Of a stretch of DNA of 64,000 nt, positions 37,047-46,404 are shown piece by piece. The position numbers and the translations under genes were made by a program. Below the pieces are notes generated by a model. It did no database searches. It was not told the DNA's origin and worked only from the letters and a program-made list of their open reading frames with translations. The stretch spans positions 62,001 through 126,000 of IMG/VR virus record IMGVR_UViG_3300032285_004054; one strand, 5' to 3'. How positions within the stretch are numbered: the stretch's first letter is position 1; every line of letters begins with the position of its first letter.

Positions 37047-39419
37047 TTATTCTCCAAGGAATTGTTTACGTGCATTCATTTTTTGTTGGTACTGAGCAGC
37101 GGTTGCTTTATCGAATGTTGCAGGTTCTTGGCTAGCGCTACCTGCTGGTTGAGGGGCTTGTGCGCTACTATTACCTAAGAACTGATCAGCTGCTGCATTT
37201 GACGATGCAGTACTATTACCTAAGAACTCATCTGTAGCAGGATTTGTTGGTGTTGGTGTACTATTACTGTTACCTAAGAATTGTTCTGCTGCCGCACTAG
37301 AAGGTGTACTACTATTTCCTAAGAACTGATCTGCTCCTGCACTTGACGGTGCACTACTGTTACCGAGGAACTGATCTGCTCCTGCACTCGAAGGAGCGCT
37401 CTCATTACCTAAAAATTGATCTGCGGATTGTGTACTCGGTGTAGGGGTAGTATCAGCATTATCATCATTGTAAATGCCTGAACTTGTTGCACTTGCTCCT
37501 GTACCTAACGATTCTTCAGTGTCAGCATATGTTATAGGTGATTCTTCACCCGCTAAATCATTAGCAGCAGATGTGGGTTCGGGTTGAGCTACATCCATAC
37601 TACCGGGAGAAGCAAGATCTGTCATATTGAATGCAGCATCAGACATATTATTATAAATTCTTTCTTGATTGTTGAATGTTTCTTGACCGTTATCAGCCAT
37701 AGCTAACTCAACAGGTGATAATGTTGCAGCTTCAATCGGGCTTGTTACATTGCTGTAATCTAGATTGAAAGGTTTGTCTGCTGCAGCAGTTGCAGCTGCG
37801 GAAGCATCTCCGTATGTTTTTTGAGCATCAGCTGCATTACTCGGAGCATTTGCTGTAGATGTAGCAGGATCAAGTGAGTAAGGTGCTTTAGGTGCACCGA
37901 GACAGGGATCCTTAACAACCTGTCCACTTCTATCTGTGTTATAATTAGGACGACCAGGGGCAGATACGTTATTGTATTTGTAGCTAAAAGCCGGTGGAAC
38001 AGGAGGAGCAGTAGGTTTAAAAATAGAATTTAAAATTTGAAATTGACTACTAAAAGCGCCTATTATGCCTGCAAGTACACCACCTTTAATTTGGTCTAAA
38101 GCAGTAGTGAGACCATACCCCATATTGTAGTTATAACCGTATCCGGATATCTTATTAAGAATACATAGTATCGTACTAAACGGCGGTGGTAATGCGCTTA
38201 CCAAAGCTTCAGGATTATTTAAAAACGCCATTCCTTGTTGAACTTGCGGTGGTAGGAAACGAGCAGCTAATGCAGCAGGGTTGGAAATAATAGACCCTAG
38301 CTGTCCTGTAACATTTGTTAATTGGCTTGTAAATTGTGTTATTTGGTTTAAACCTCCAAATGCGCTTGCTATAGAACCTACACTACCTGCGATCTGGGTA
38401 ACAGCTTGTAAAAAGCCTAATACCATATTAAGAGGTATCAATTCATTTATAATCATGAATACAAATTTTTGTAACATGTAAAATAAATCATTAATAAATT
38501 TACCGATGCTTTTGATAATATTCATAGCACCTAGATACATGTCCTTAATAAACTGTACAGGTCCGAATAACTTACCTCCTGCCATAGCGCTTTGTAAGTG
38601 TTGAATACTACCGTATATATTACCTGGTAGATGGGATATCTCCTCCATCTTAATAGCTAGAAAAGAAGCTTCATGGGATTGAGCAAATTTTGGATTTACC
38701 TTGTTAATAACCCCGCCTATTGTAGGTATAATACCATGGGCACCTAAAGGATCTCTTAGCATACCAGTTAAACCGTATAAAGTTGAACCGATAAACTTAT
38801 TAACAGGTTTAAACTTGTCATGCATTATCTGTACTGCTTGACCAAGTGATGATGCAATACCTGCTTCAGCACCAGCTAACCCGTTAGCAATACTACCTAC
38901 TGCACAATTTATAGAATTATTAGCGGTATTAACAAATAGATTAGCGTATTGATTACGTACAATAGCGTGTACATCCTGGGTTAAAGCACCAGGTGCGGCT
39001 TGAATACCAGCACCGTTTAACATTGCATTTGATTGCATCAACGCAGCTTCCATACCGGAATTTGTTGCTTGTGCTTGATTTAGCATGTTAAATGCATTAT
39101 CAAAAAGACCTAAATGAGGTATAACTTTATCCTTTTTAGCAGGGTCTAGTATACCGGTTAACCAAGTATCAGGCCCGTTTAAGTAAGTAGTACCTTTACC
39201 GCTAGCAGATGATGGTGTACTACTTTCTCCTAAGAACTGATCTGCTCCAGCACTCGAAGGAGCGCTACTATTGCCAAGAAATTGGTTCGCTCCTGTACTT
39301 GATGGTGCGCTGCTATTGCCAAGAAATTGGTTTGCTCCAGCACTTGAAGCAGCGTTCCGAGCAGCAAGTTGATCAAACTGCGCTCTAGCAGCATCTCCAG
39401 TTAGTTTTTGTACAGACAT
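37047..39419 (-). CDS. Large helical protein with terminal QFLGN repeats (baseplate hub, tape-measure or ejection candidate)
   Basis: Ala/Gly amphipathic-helix core and low-complexity repeated ends; upstream of gp5; TAAATA at 39431-39436. Confidence 0.5.
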   Translation of the reverse strand: MSVQKLTGDAARAQFDQLAARNAASSAGANQFLGNSSAPSSTGANQFLGNSSAPSSAGADQFLGESSTPSSASGKGTTYLNGPDTWLTGILDPAKKDKVIPHLGLFDNAFNMLNQAQATNSGMEAALMQSNAMLNGAGIQAAPGALTQDVHAIVRNQYANLFVNTANNSINCAVGSIANGLAGAEAGIASSLGQAVQIMHDKFKPVNKFIGSTLYGLTGMLRDPLGAHGIIPTIGGVINKVNPKFAQSHEASFLAIKMEEISHLPGNIYGSIQHLQSAMAGGKLFGPVQFIKDMYLGAMNIIKSIGKFINDLFYMLQKFVFMIINELIPLNMVLGFLQAVTQIAGSVGSIASAFGGLNQITQFTSQLTNVTGQLGSIISNPAALAARFLPPQVQQGMAFLNNPEALVSALPPPFSTILCILNKISGYGYNYNMGYGLTTALDQIKGGVLAGIIGAFSSQFQILNSIFKPTAPPVPPAFSYKYNNVSAPGRPNYNTDRSGQVVKDPCLGAPKAPYSLDPATSTANAPSNAADAQKTYGDASAAATAAADKPFNLDYSNVTSPIEAATLSPVELAMADNGQETFNNQERIYNNMSDAAFNMTDLASPGSMDVAQPEPTSAANDLAGEESPITYADTEESLGTGASATSSGIYNDDNADTTPTPSTQSADQFLGNESAPSSAGADQFLGNSSAPSSAGADQFLGNSSTPSSAAAEQFLGNSNSTPTPTNPATDEFLGNSTASSNAAADQFLGNSSAQAPQPAGSASQEPATFDKATAAQYQQKMNARKQFLGE
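37160..37427 (-). repeat. Six ~45 bp coding repeats (ADQFLGNSSAPSSAG)
   Basis: Visible in both DNA and translation. Confidence 0.9.
39204..39338 (-). repeat. Three 45 bp coding repeats (GANQFLGNSSAPSST)
   Basis: Visible in both DNA and translation. Confidence 0.9.
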
Positions 39420-39459
39420 TGGTTAATAAATATTTAACCGTTAATTTTAAAAATTAAAG

Positions 39460-39487
39460 TTGAATATATACTGTTCTAATATAAAAT
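39460..39487 (+). promoter_or_regulatory. Sigma70-like promoter of the glycosyltransferase-sulfotransferase operon
   Basis: TTGAAT-N16-TAAAAT, 6 nt before GTG 39494. Confidence 0.55.
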
Positions 39488-39493
39488 TAATAC

Positions 39494-40426
39494 GTGAACG
39501 AATATGAATATATTATACTACATATTGATGGAGGTATGGGTAAAAACGTTGCTGCAACTGCTGTTGCGCATGCAATTAAAAAACAACATTTTGTAAGTAA
39601 GTTAATTATTGTTACAGCATGGCCTGAAGTATGGATACATAATCCAGACGTACATAGGGTTTATAAGTTTGGTACTTTGCTATATTTTTACGAGGATTAC
39701 ATTAAGGATAAAAAGACTAAAATAATGCGTCTTGAGCCTTATCATTCTGAAGATCTTCTTCTAAAGAGAAAGCATCTTGCAGAGGTTTGGTGTGATCTTT
39801 ATGATATTCCCTGTGATAGCGTACAGCCTAGAATTTATCTAAGTAACAGGGAATTAATGGCTGCAAACGCTCTGGTTAAAAAGCAAGGACCTATACTTGT
39901 TGTTCAGTCCTCAGGTGGTGCAGATGGTCAAGGATACCCCTATTCATGGGCTAGAGACCTACCACCTCAGGTAGCTCAAGAAACCGTAAATCTTGTTAAA
40001 TCACAATTTAGTAAGGTATATCAAATAAGACGAGATAATCAGATTGTAATCGATGGTACGGAACAATTAACAGGTAATCTTCGAGACATTATTAGTGTTA
40101 TTGCATTATCTGATAAGTTTTTAGGTATTGATTCACTTATGCAGCATGCTTGTGCTGCTCTTAATAAGCCTGCTACCGTAGGATGGATTGCTAATTCGCC
40201 AACTGTGTTTGGTTATAAGTTGCATAATAATATAATTGCAAAAGGTAGTACTGAGTTTAAGCATTACGTTGAATCGTATTTAGAAGAGTATGACTGGGTA
40301 GGTAGTCGATTCCATGAATGTCCTTATACTGATGTAAATAGTATTTTTGATATTAAAGAATTAGCTAATTCTTTGCTTGAACCTGGTACAAAGTTAGTAG
40401 ATAATAATGGTCTGCTTTTAAACTAA
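39494..40426 (+). CDS. Glycosyltransferase, GT9 (heptosyltransferase)-like
   Basis: IDGGMGKNVAAT, NPDV and FLGIDSLMQHACAAL GT9 motifs. Confidence 0.75.
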   Translation: MNEYEYIILHIDGGMGKNVAATAVAHAIKKQHFVSKLIIVTAWPEVWIHNPDVHRVYKFGTLLYFYEDYIKDKKTKIMRLEPYHSEDLLLKRKHLAEVWCDLYDIPCDSVQPRIYLSNRELMAANALVKKQGPILVVQSSGGADGQGYPYSWARDLPPQVAQETVNLVKSQFSKVYQIRRDNQIVIDGTEQLTGNLRDIISVIALSDKFLGIDSLMQHACAALNKPATVGWIANSPTVFGYKLHNNIIAKGSTEFKHYVESYLEEYDWVGSRFHECPYTDVNSIFDIKELANSLLEPGTKLVDNNGLLLN

Positions 40427-41250
40427 TGAAAAATATATTCTTTAATTCATCAATGCCTAGAAGTTGTTCTACCCTTCTTCAGTGCATTTTTAATCAGCAT
40501 CCGGAGATTCAAGCTACACAAACCGACCCTGTACTTGAATATCTTTATGGTGCTAGGATGAATTATACGAGTACACCAGAGGTTAAAGCTATGGATAAAG
40601 ATCTAGCTTTGAATACCTGGCGTGGGTTCTGTTGGGGTGGTCTTCAAGGATATGCTGATGCTTATACCGATAAACCTAATCTTTGTATTAAGACGAGAGG
40701 CGCTTCAATTCATTATTCTTGGTTTAATGCTTTTATGCCCTATCAGCCTAAAATGATCTGTATGGTAAGAGACCTTAAAGGTATAATTGCTTCTATGGAA
40801 AAGCTCTATAGAGCAAATCAAGAACATCATCAGGAGATACAAAATCATAGAGATATGAAAGGTACATCTACAGCAAAGAGAGTAGATGCTTGGTTTGCCT
40901 CCCCACCTGTTGGTTTAGCATTAGAACGTTTACAGCAATGCGTACACGAAGGTATTAATAAGAATATACTTTATGTACGAGCAGAAGATCTTTCTTCTAA
41001 TCCTTCCGAGCAAATGGAACGAATTTATAGTTATCTTGATCTACCTAATTTCGAACACGACTTTAAAAACGTCGAGCAGTCTATTAAGGAAGATGACTCT
41101 GTTTATGGTTTAACAGATACTCTTCACACAATACGCAGAGAGGTAAAAGCACTTAAGGATGATTCAAGGGAGATCCTGGGAGAACCAGTTTGTACTTGGA
41201 TTGATAATACCTTTCAATGGTACCAGAAAGGCTTTGGATACCTTAAATAA
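40426..41250 (+). CDS. PAPS-dependent sulfotransferase
   Basis: 5'-PSB SMPRSCSTLL, 3'-PB MVRD...IIAS, VRAEDL..NP; TAATG-coupled to the GT. Confidence 0.85.
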   Translation: MKNIFFNSSMPRSCSTLLQCIFNQHPEIQATQTDPVLEYLYGARMNYTSTPEVKAMDKDLALNTWRGFCWGGLQGYADAYTDKPNLCIKTRGASIHYSWFNAFMPYQPKMICMVRDLKGIIASMEKLYRANQEHHQEIQNHRDMKGTSTAKRVDAWFASPPVGLALERLQQCVHEGINKNILYVRAEDLSSNPSEQMERIYSYLDLPNFEHDFKNVEQSIKEDDSVYGLTDTLHTIRREVKALKDDSREILGEPVCTWIDNTFQWYQKGFGYLK

Positions 41251-41350
41251 AACGCTTTATATAAGCTGTTACTTTCTGTAGGAAAGTTTTCTTTTTACTG
41301 GCTGTTTGTACATGAACAGTTCTGTACTTTCTTTGACTATAATTAGCCAT
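41243..41350 (-). CDS. Possible 35 aa basic peptide
   Basis: MANYSQRKYRTVHVQTASKKKTFLQKVTAYIKRFI begins 1 nt after the upstream stop. Confidence 0.4.
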   Translation of the reverse strand: MANYSQRKYRTVHVQTASKKKTFLQKVTAYIKRFI

Positions 41351-41351
41351 A

Positions 41352-42113
41352 TTAACCTACTTTCCAGAGTTTTATCCAAACACGCTTATCGAGTGTGGTT
41401 GTGCTATTGTTTATTTGGTTGCCGTACTGATCACCAGATTTAATAAAGACATATCCTGCGGGGTCTGCAAAATCTTGACCTACCATTCTCAAAGTCAATG
41501 ACGCCTGAGTATTGAATGTTACTACGCCCTTCATTGAACAGGTTCCTGAATTAAAAGTTGAACCGGCTACAGTACCGTCTTGATTACCTATCAACGTACT
41601 ACCATTATAAAGTAATAATTTTGCATCGTAGTTGTGTAATGATCCGGTCTCCGCACCTGCTTCATAAGAATAAGTACCTGGATCAACAGTTATTGTGCTA
41701 TTAACGGGGTCATATCCTATACCTTGCGTATCAACAATTTTTGTTGTACAGCTTAGAGTGGTTACTGTGTTACGGATGTTTTGAGGTGCTGCGTTCAGTG
41801 CAGTAACCCAGCCGTACTCAAGATAAGGATAATTTCCAATGTTTTGCATATCGCTTGTTAATTTTCGTACTAAAGAGTATAAATTACTTATATCACCTCC
41901 AATATAATCAGCAGATAATTTAGCTACATTTGCAGTTTGTGATAATGTTAAATTAATTGTAGGTGAATCAATAACCTGTAACGTAAAAGGGTGTGTCGAT
42001 AAATTACAAACAGCTACGTCTAAATTATTAAAGTTAGCATTAATAACCGGTAATGTATCACCTATACATTGATTACCTGAAATGGCAGTTGTTAAATTAC
42101 AAAGCGTTGACAT
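41352..42113 (-). CDS. Anchor-family fibre/decoration protein
   Basis: QCIGDTLPVINANFNNLD anchor; C-terminal beta-sandwich (ITVDPGTY); TAAATA at 42123-42128. Confidence 0.6.
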   Translation of the reverse strand: MSTLCNLTTAISGNQCIGDTLPVINANFNNLDVAVCNLSTHPFTLQVIDSPTINLTLSQTANVAKLSADYIGGDISNLYSLVRKLTSDMQNIGNYPYLEYGWVTALNAAPQNIRNTVTTLSCTTKIVDTQGIGYDPVNSTITVDPGTYSYEAGAETGSLHNYDAKLLLYNGSTLIGNQDGTVAGSTFNSGTCSMKGVVTFNTQASLTLRMVGQDFADPAGYVFIKSGDQYGNQINNSTTTLDKRVWIKLWKVG

Positions 42114-42128
42114 ATTGTTTATTATTTA

Positions 42129-42917
42129 TTAGGAGGGTGGAGTGTAGTCCTGTATTTTTTGTATATTAATAAAAGCAAAATATAAATTAGGGGTTGTCTT
42201 AGTTAAAACGCTACTCATACCGTTTGCTGAAGCATGGGAGAATGTATAACCTAACCCGGTGTAAAGACTCGCATCTTTATTATTAACAACAGTTTTTATG
42301 TATTGTTTAATACGTATTTTCGTTTCTGTCGGAAACACTAACCTACCATGCATTTTTGAATACGTCGTTGTAGTAGGATAATAAGCTGTGTCAGAATACT
42401 CAGCGGTACCATATAATAATACATCATCGGTTACTGCATTAACTAAATTAGAAATATGAGTATCTGTATAGTATGCTGATACTTCACTATCTACTCTATA
42501 GATACCTGCTGGTACAGTTACAATACCCGTGGACGGGTCGAGTGTATAAAAACCGTTATTACCTGTTGTGAGAGTACCGTCTGCTTTACAATTATAATCG
42601 GCAGCATTAAGCTGTCTATATATAAGATTCGTGGTAGGTCTAAGAGGGTTTGATCCTGTAGGTGGGTATATGTTAGCAAACGATATACCATAATCACTAG
42701 CTAACGCAGATCGATTTTCAACAAATCTTGCTGAAAAGTATACACTATGATCAAGACTAGTAATACCAATAGCGCGTGAACCAAACGCACTACTTAATGT
42801 ATCTAAAAACGTTAATATATTACATAATTCTCCGCTTATGTTTCCAAAATTATTAAAAATTTTTGAATAAGAATCTCCTATATATTCAGTAGCTGAAATA
42901 GTTTGTATAGTTGTCAT
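42129..42917 (-). CDS. Anchor-family fibre/decoration protein
   Basis: EYIGDSYSKIFNNF anchor; IVTVPAGIY...YGTAEY...GRLVF...NIQKI. Confidence 0.6.
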   Translation of the reverse strand: MTTIQTISATEYIGDSYSKIFNNFGNISGELCNILTFLDTLSSAFGSRAIGITSLDHSVYFSARFVENRSALASDYGISFANIYPPTGSNPLRPTTNLIYRQLNAADYNCKADGTLTTGNNGFYTLDPSTGIVTVPAGIYRVDSEVSAYYTDTHISNLVNAVTDDVLLYGTAEYSDTAYYPTTTTYSKMHGRLVFPTETKIRIKQYIKTVVNNKDASLYTGLGYTFSHASANGMSSVLTKTTPNLYFAFINIQKIQDYTPPS

Positions 42918-42918
42918 A

Positions 42919-43620
42919 TTATATACTCTTAATTTTTTGTATACCTAAATACGCGAGATAAAATTTATCAAAATTAGTTGGAGGTGTTGTGTTAGGTGAA
43001 ACACCTACATATCCTTTTTGCGCAAAATAATGCTTAATAAATACAGTTGTGTCTTGGTTAAATACAACTCTACCTCTTATTTTAACATTATTGGATGAAC
43101 CGAATGAATCACCTGTTGAAGAATACTCAGATGAACCATATAAAAGTGGTAAAGGTGTTGTGATAGATGCAGTTGTATACATTATATTTGCAGTATGAGC
43201 AAAACAATAATACCCTGAACATCCTGCATTAATATCGTAAATACCTTTAGGTATAAAGATTTTACTGTTATTAAGTTTGTAATATGAAGTATTATTATTT
43301 GTAGTTGCTTGACCGTTTATATCTACATTGTAATTTACAGTATTAAGATTTCTTATAATAGGATTAGTACCATATAAAGTATCAATCGCGAGACTACTTT
43401 GGGAAATAGTAGCCGGGTATGTCTCTGTAAAAAAAGCTCCATAAGGACCGCAGTTATCAATGCTTGTAATACCGACTATACGGGTACTGAATGCAGCACT
43501 TAATGCAGCAGCAGCTGTTTCGAGAAATTGAAGACTACTATAAAGATTATTAAAATTACCATTAATAATCGGTAGCGTATCCCCTATATACTGTTGCGGG
43601 TTAATATTAGTAACACTCAT
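42919..43620 (-). CDS. Anchor-family fibre/decoration protein
   Basis: QYIGDTLPIINGNFNNL anchor; IFIPKGIY...YGSSEY...GRVVF...GIQKI. Confidence 0.6.
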   Translation of the reverse strand: MSVTNINPQQYIGDTLPIINGNFNNLYSSLQFLETAAAALSAAFSTRIVGITSIDNCGPYGAFFTETYPATISQSSLAIDTLYGTNPIIRNLNTVNYNVDINGQATTNNNTSYYKLNNSKIFIPKGIYDINAGCSGYYCFAHTANIMYTTASITTPLPLLYGSSEYSSTGDSFGSSNNVKIRGRVVFNQDTTVFIKHYFAQKGYVGVSPNTTPPTNFDKFYLAYLGIQKIKSI

Positions 43621-44396
43621 ACGTCTTTAATTTTTTGTATGTTGAAAAAAGCATAATACATTAACGGTATATCATCTGTAAATCCTGGTAGAGAGTTATT
43701 AATATTATCTCTTGTATATGATGTACCTGCTGTAAAACATCTACCTTTTGCAGCTAGATTAACACCTGCATTAATATAATGTACTATATGCATATCAGTG
43801 TAATCTGTAAATTTTACTCTACCTCTCATTTTACACCAAATAGGTGCCCATTCTCCTGTGTGCCTTGGTAATACACCTTGCTCAGTATATTCTGATGAAC
43901 CTTGTAATATAACATCATCAGGTGAATTTTGTACACGGTTATAAACAAGATTTGCACAATGGGATTCTGTTCTCATTGCAGAAGCTTCTGCATCGATATC
44001 ATAAATACCTGGAGGCACTGTTATAACACCTGTAGTTGTATTAAGCTTATAATATCCTTGTGAAGCGTCACCTGTAAGTATTTGATTACCGTCTGTATCG
44101 CAGTTATAATCAACATGATTTAAAATGCGGTTGTTTGTTGCACCTCCTGTTAAACCTAACTTTGAATTATCAAATGGGTCGTAAGCTTCTGTAAAACGCG
44201 CATAATATAATATACTTTTATCGATACTTACTAAACCGGGTGTAAATGCTCCAAAATCTCTTTGAAGTTTATTAAACATATCTTGAGCTAGTGCAATACC
44301 AGCATCCAATGCTGAAAAATTATTGTTAAGTGTTGTTAGAGAATCACCTAAACATGTTCTAATATCAAAGGTGTTAACAAAATTACAATCAATCAT
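43617..44396 (-). CDS. Anchor-family fibre/decoration protein
   Basis: TCLGDSLTTLNNNFSALD anchor; VITVPPGIY...QGSSEY...GRVKF...NIQKI; TATAAATA at 44404-44411. Confidence 0.6.
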   Translation of the reverse strand: MIDCNFVNTFDIRTCLGDSLTTLNNNFSALDAGIALAQDMFNKLQRDFGAFTPGLVSIDKSILYYARFTEAYDPFDNSKLGLTGGATNNRILNHVDYNCDTDGNQILTGDASQGYYKLNTTTGVITVPPGIYDIDAEASAMRTESHCANLVYNRVQNSPDDVILQGSSEYTEQGVLPRHTGEWAPIWCKMRGRVKFTDYTDMHIVHYINAGVNLAAKGRCFTAGTSYTRDNINNSLPGFTDDIPLMYYAFFNIQKIKDV

Positions 44397-44414
44397 TGTA
44401 AGTTATTTATACAT

Positions 44415-44449
44415 AAAAAAGAAAAGAGCCAACTTTTGAGGTTGGCTCT
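44415..44449 (-). terminator. Rho-independent terminator
   Basis: AGAGCCAAC/GTTGGCTCT stem with a minus-strand T tract. Confidence 0.8.
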
Positions 44450-44475
44450 AATCAGTATTAATTTATTAGTATATT

Positions 44476-44829
44476 TTAGAACTGCTCTAAGTGGCGAAGT
44501 CTACGCTCTGTAGGACCCCATGCATTAAACCCGTTAGCAGTTAATGTAATTGTACTACTGGTACCAGGTAATGTACCAGCAAAGGATGTACGGTCATTTA
44601 AAATAAAATATACAACGTCGCCTGCGTAAGCAGTATCATAAACAAGTTTACCAGCTCCAGAGGAGAGAGTTGCACCAGCTGTATTAACGAATGTTGATGT
44701 TAAAGCAACATTGTTAAGTGTACCAGAGTCATTGAAGAGAACTCTTGTTGCGTTAGTTGCGGAAAGTAAGTTAACACCGTTTGTTGCAGGGCTACCTACT
44801 GCGTCTTCGTATTGATATACAATTGCCAT
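44476..44829 (-). CDS. Small virion protein, candidate capsid decoration
   Basis: 117 aa directly after gp23, with its own TAAATA (44839-44844) and terminator. Confidence 0.5.
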   Translation of the reverse strand: MAIVYQYEDAVGSPATNGVNLLSATNATRVLFNDSGTLNNVALTSTFVNTAGATLSSGAGKLVYDTAYAGDVVYFILNDRTSFAGTLPGTSSTITLTANGFNAWGPTERRLRHLEQF

Positions 44830-44876
44830 ATGTACATATATTTATTCTACTCAGTAGTATTTTTAGTGTTTAATAC

Positions 44877-44907
44877 AAAAAGAAAACCCCATTCTTTCGA
44901 ATGGGGT
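44877..44907 (-). terminator. Rho-independent terminator of the major capsid gene
   Basis: ACCCCATTC-GAAA-GAATGGGGT plus T tract on the minus strand. Confidence 0.9.
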
Positions 44908-44934
44908 CTCTTTTGATTGTTTGCGATCTCAGTA

Positions 44935-46404
44935 TTAGAGATAGACAGCGGCGGATCCAGGTGTGAAGGACTGGCCCAGACCGGTGCAGATTACTAAGTG
45001 ATAGTAAAGGTTAGCACCGAAAATGTGGTCAACAACACCGTAACGGGTTAAGAGACCAACACGAGGACTGAAGTCATTCGGACCGATTGTACGCTGAACC
45101 ATTACAGGGATGTAAGGGCAGTATACGATACCGGTATCATAATACTCAGGGCCCTTATAGCCGAGCAGGGCGTAATCGACCTGTCCGACGGGACGCTTGT
45201 TACCACCAGCACTGTAGCCAGCGCCTGCGGGATTGTACCCAGCGTTGACTTGTGCCTCTGTACGAGTATCACGATAGATCTGGAAACGACCACCAACGGC
45301 ACCAACTTTAGCAATACCAACGGGTGTGGTATTTACTGAGCCAGTAACGGGCTGCCATGTGAATGTGGGCAGTGACTCAAGAATAGCGCAAATACGAGGT
45401 GTAGCAATAATGAAATTGGCTGCACCACGGCGGTTGCGGATAGCGACACGATTGGCCTCAACAACAATTCTGTTGTAGAAGTCACGAGCGCGCTCACCGG
45501 ACCAGCGACCGTCAGCAGAAATTGCTGACCATGTGCTGTAACCAACACCGGCGCCTGCGGTTAAGCAGGTCTGAATCATACGTGAAATCATTTCACGGTC
45601 AATTTCAGCCTGAATTTCGTAGGACATGGCGTTTGTGAGCTCGGCATCGATGTCGATACCATTCATATTCTTAAGATCCTGCTCTAATTCGACAGACCAC
45701 TTAGCGGCGAGACGGCGTGTGCCGGCCTCGACAGCGGTCTTCTCAAATGATACTGTTACCTGAGGGATGTTGGAGCTGAGTTCAAACTGGCTGAGGATCG
45801 CGGCTACGCCGGCGTCTTCAGGCAGAATGGCCCAATCATCGTTACCGGTTAAGTTACCACTGGTAACGCCTGTGAAGGCGGTATTCAGATAGTTGTAACC
45901 GATTTCCTTACCCTTGCTAGCACTAGCAGGTCCATACATTGATGTTGCCTGAGCCCCACCGAGGGTGAGATCATTACGGCCATCACCGTATGTGCTATTA
46001 CCGAGGGAAGATGCCTCGTAGCGGTAACGCATGGCGAATGCCAGACCAACGGGTCCTGTCATGGGCTGTACACCAACGATCTCATTTGTGATGAGTTCGG
46101 GGAATGTACGGCGGATCATGGGGATCAGAACCTTAGGAAGACGAGCATCACCGTTTGCGTATGTGTCGCTGTTAGGAATGGTACCAGGGTTAACCTGATA
46201 GGCATTACCACCAAAGACACCACCACTAGCAGTGTTGGAAGACTCAAAGCACCACTTCTCCTGGTTTTCCAGAAGGATGGCGGTATTGAGACGTGTGTTA
46301 TCATTTTCGATAGCAGCTACCTTGTCAGAAGAGTAGTCCAGAACTGGAGCCCACTTTTCAACTAAAGATGTAGCCTTGGATTTATCGATATGCAGAAGTT
46401 CCAT
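44935..46404 (-). CDS. gp23: Major capsid protein
   Basis: EKWAPVL, LLENQ, GVQPMTGPVGLAFAMR, RRLAAKWSVELEQDLK, YCPYIP and PRVGLLTRYG. Confidence 0.97.
   Translation of the reverse strand: MELLHIDKSKATSLVEKWAPVLDYSSDKVAAIENDNTRLNTAILLENQEKWCFESSNTASGGVFGGNAYQVNPGTIPNSDTYANGDARLPKVLIPMIRRTFPELITNEIVGVQPMTGPVGLAFAMRYRYEASSLGNSTYGDGRNDLTLGGAQATSMYGPASASKGKEIGYNYLNTAFTGVTSGNLTGNDDWAILPEDAGVAAILSQFELSSNIPQVTVSFEKTAVEAGTRRLAAKWSVELEQDLKNMNGIDIDAELTNAMSYEIQAEIDREMISRMIQTCLTAGAGVGYSTWSAISADGRWSGERARDFYNRIVVEANRVAIRNRRGAANFIIATPRICAILESLPTFTWQPVTGSVNTTPVGIAKVGAVGGRFQIYRDTRTEAQVNAGYNPAGAGYSAGGNKRPVGQVDYALLGYKGPEYYDTGIVYCPYIPVMVQRTIGPNDFSPRVGLLTRYGVVDHIFGANLYYHLVICTGLGQSFTPGSAAVYL

Noticed and set aside
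37160-39338. CRISPR-like array suggested by ~45 bp periodic repeats
   Set aside because: The repeats are in-frame coding units with synonymous variation and no unique spacers
41352-44396. Diversity-generating retroelement or invertase-driven fibre switching
   Set aside because: No reverse transcriptase or recombinase in the window; paralogues are diverged throughout, with no near-identical template/variable repeat pair or inverted crossover sites that I could see
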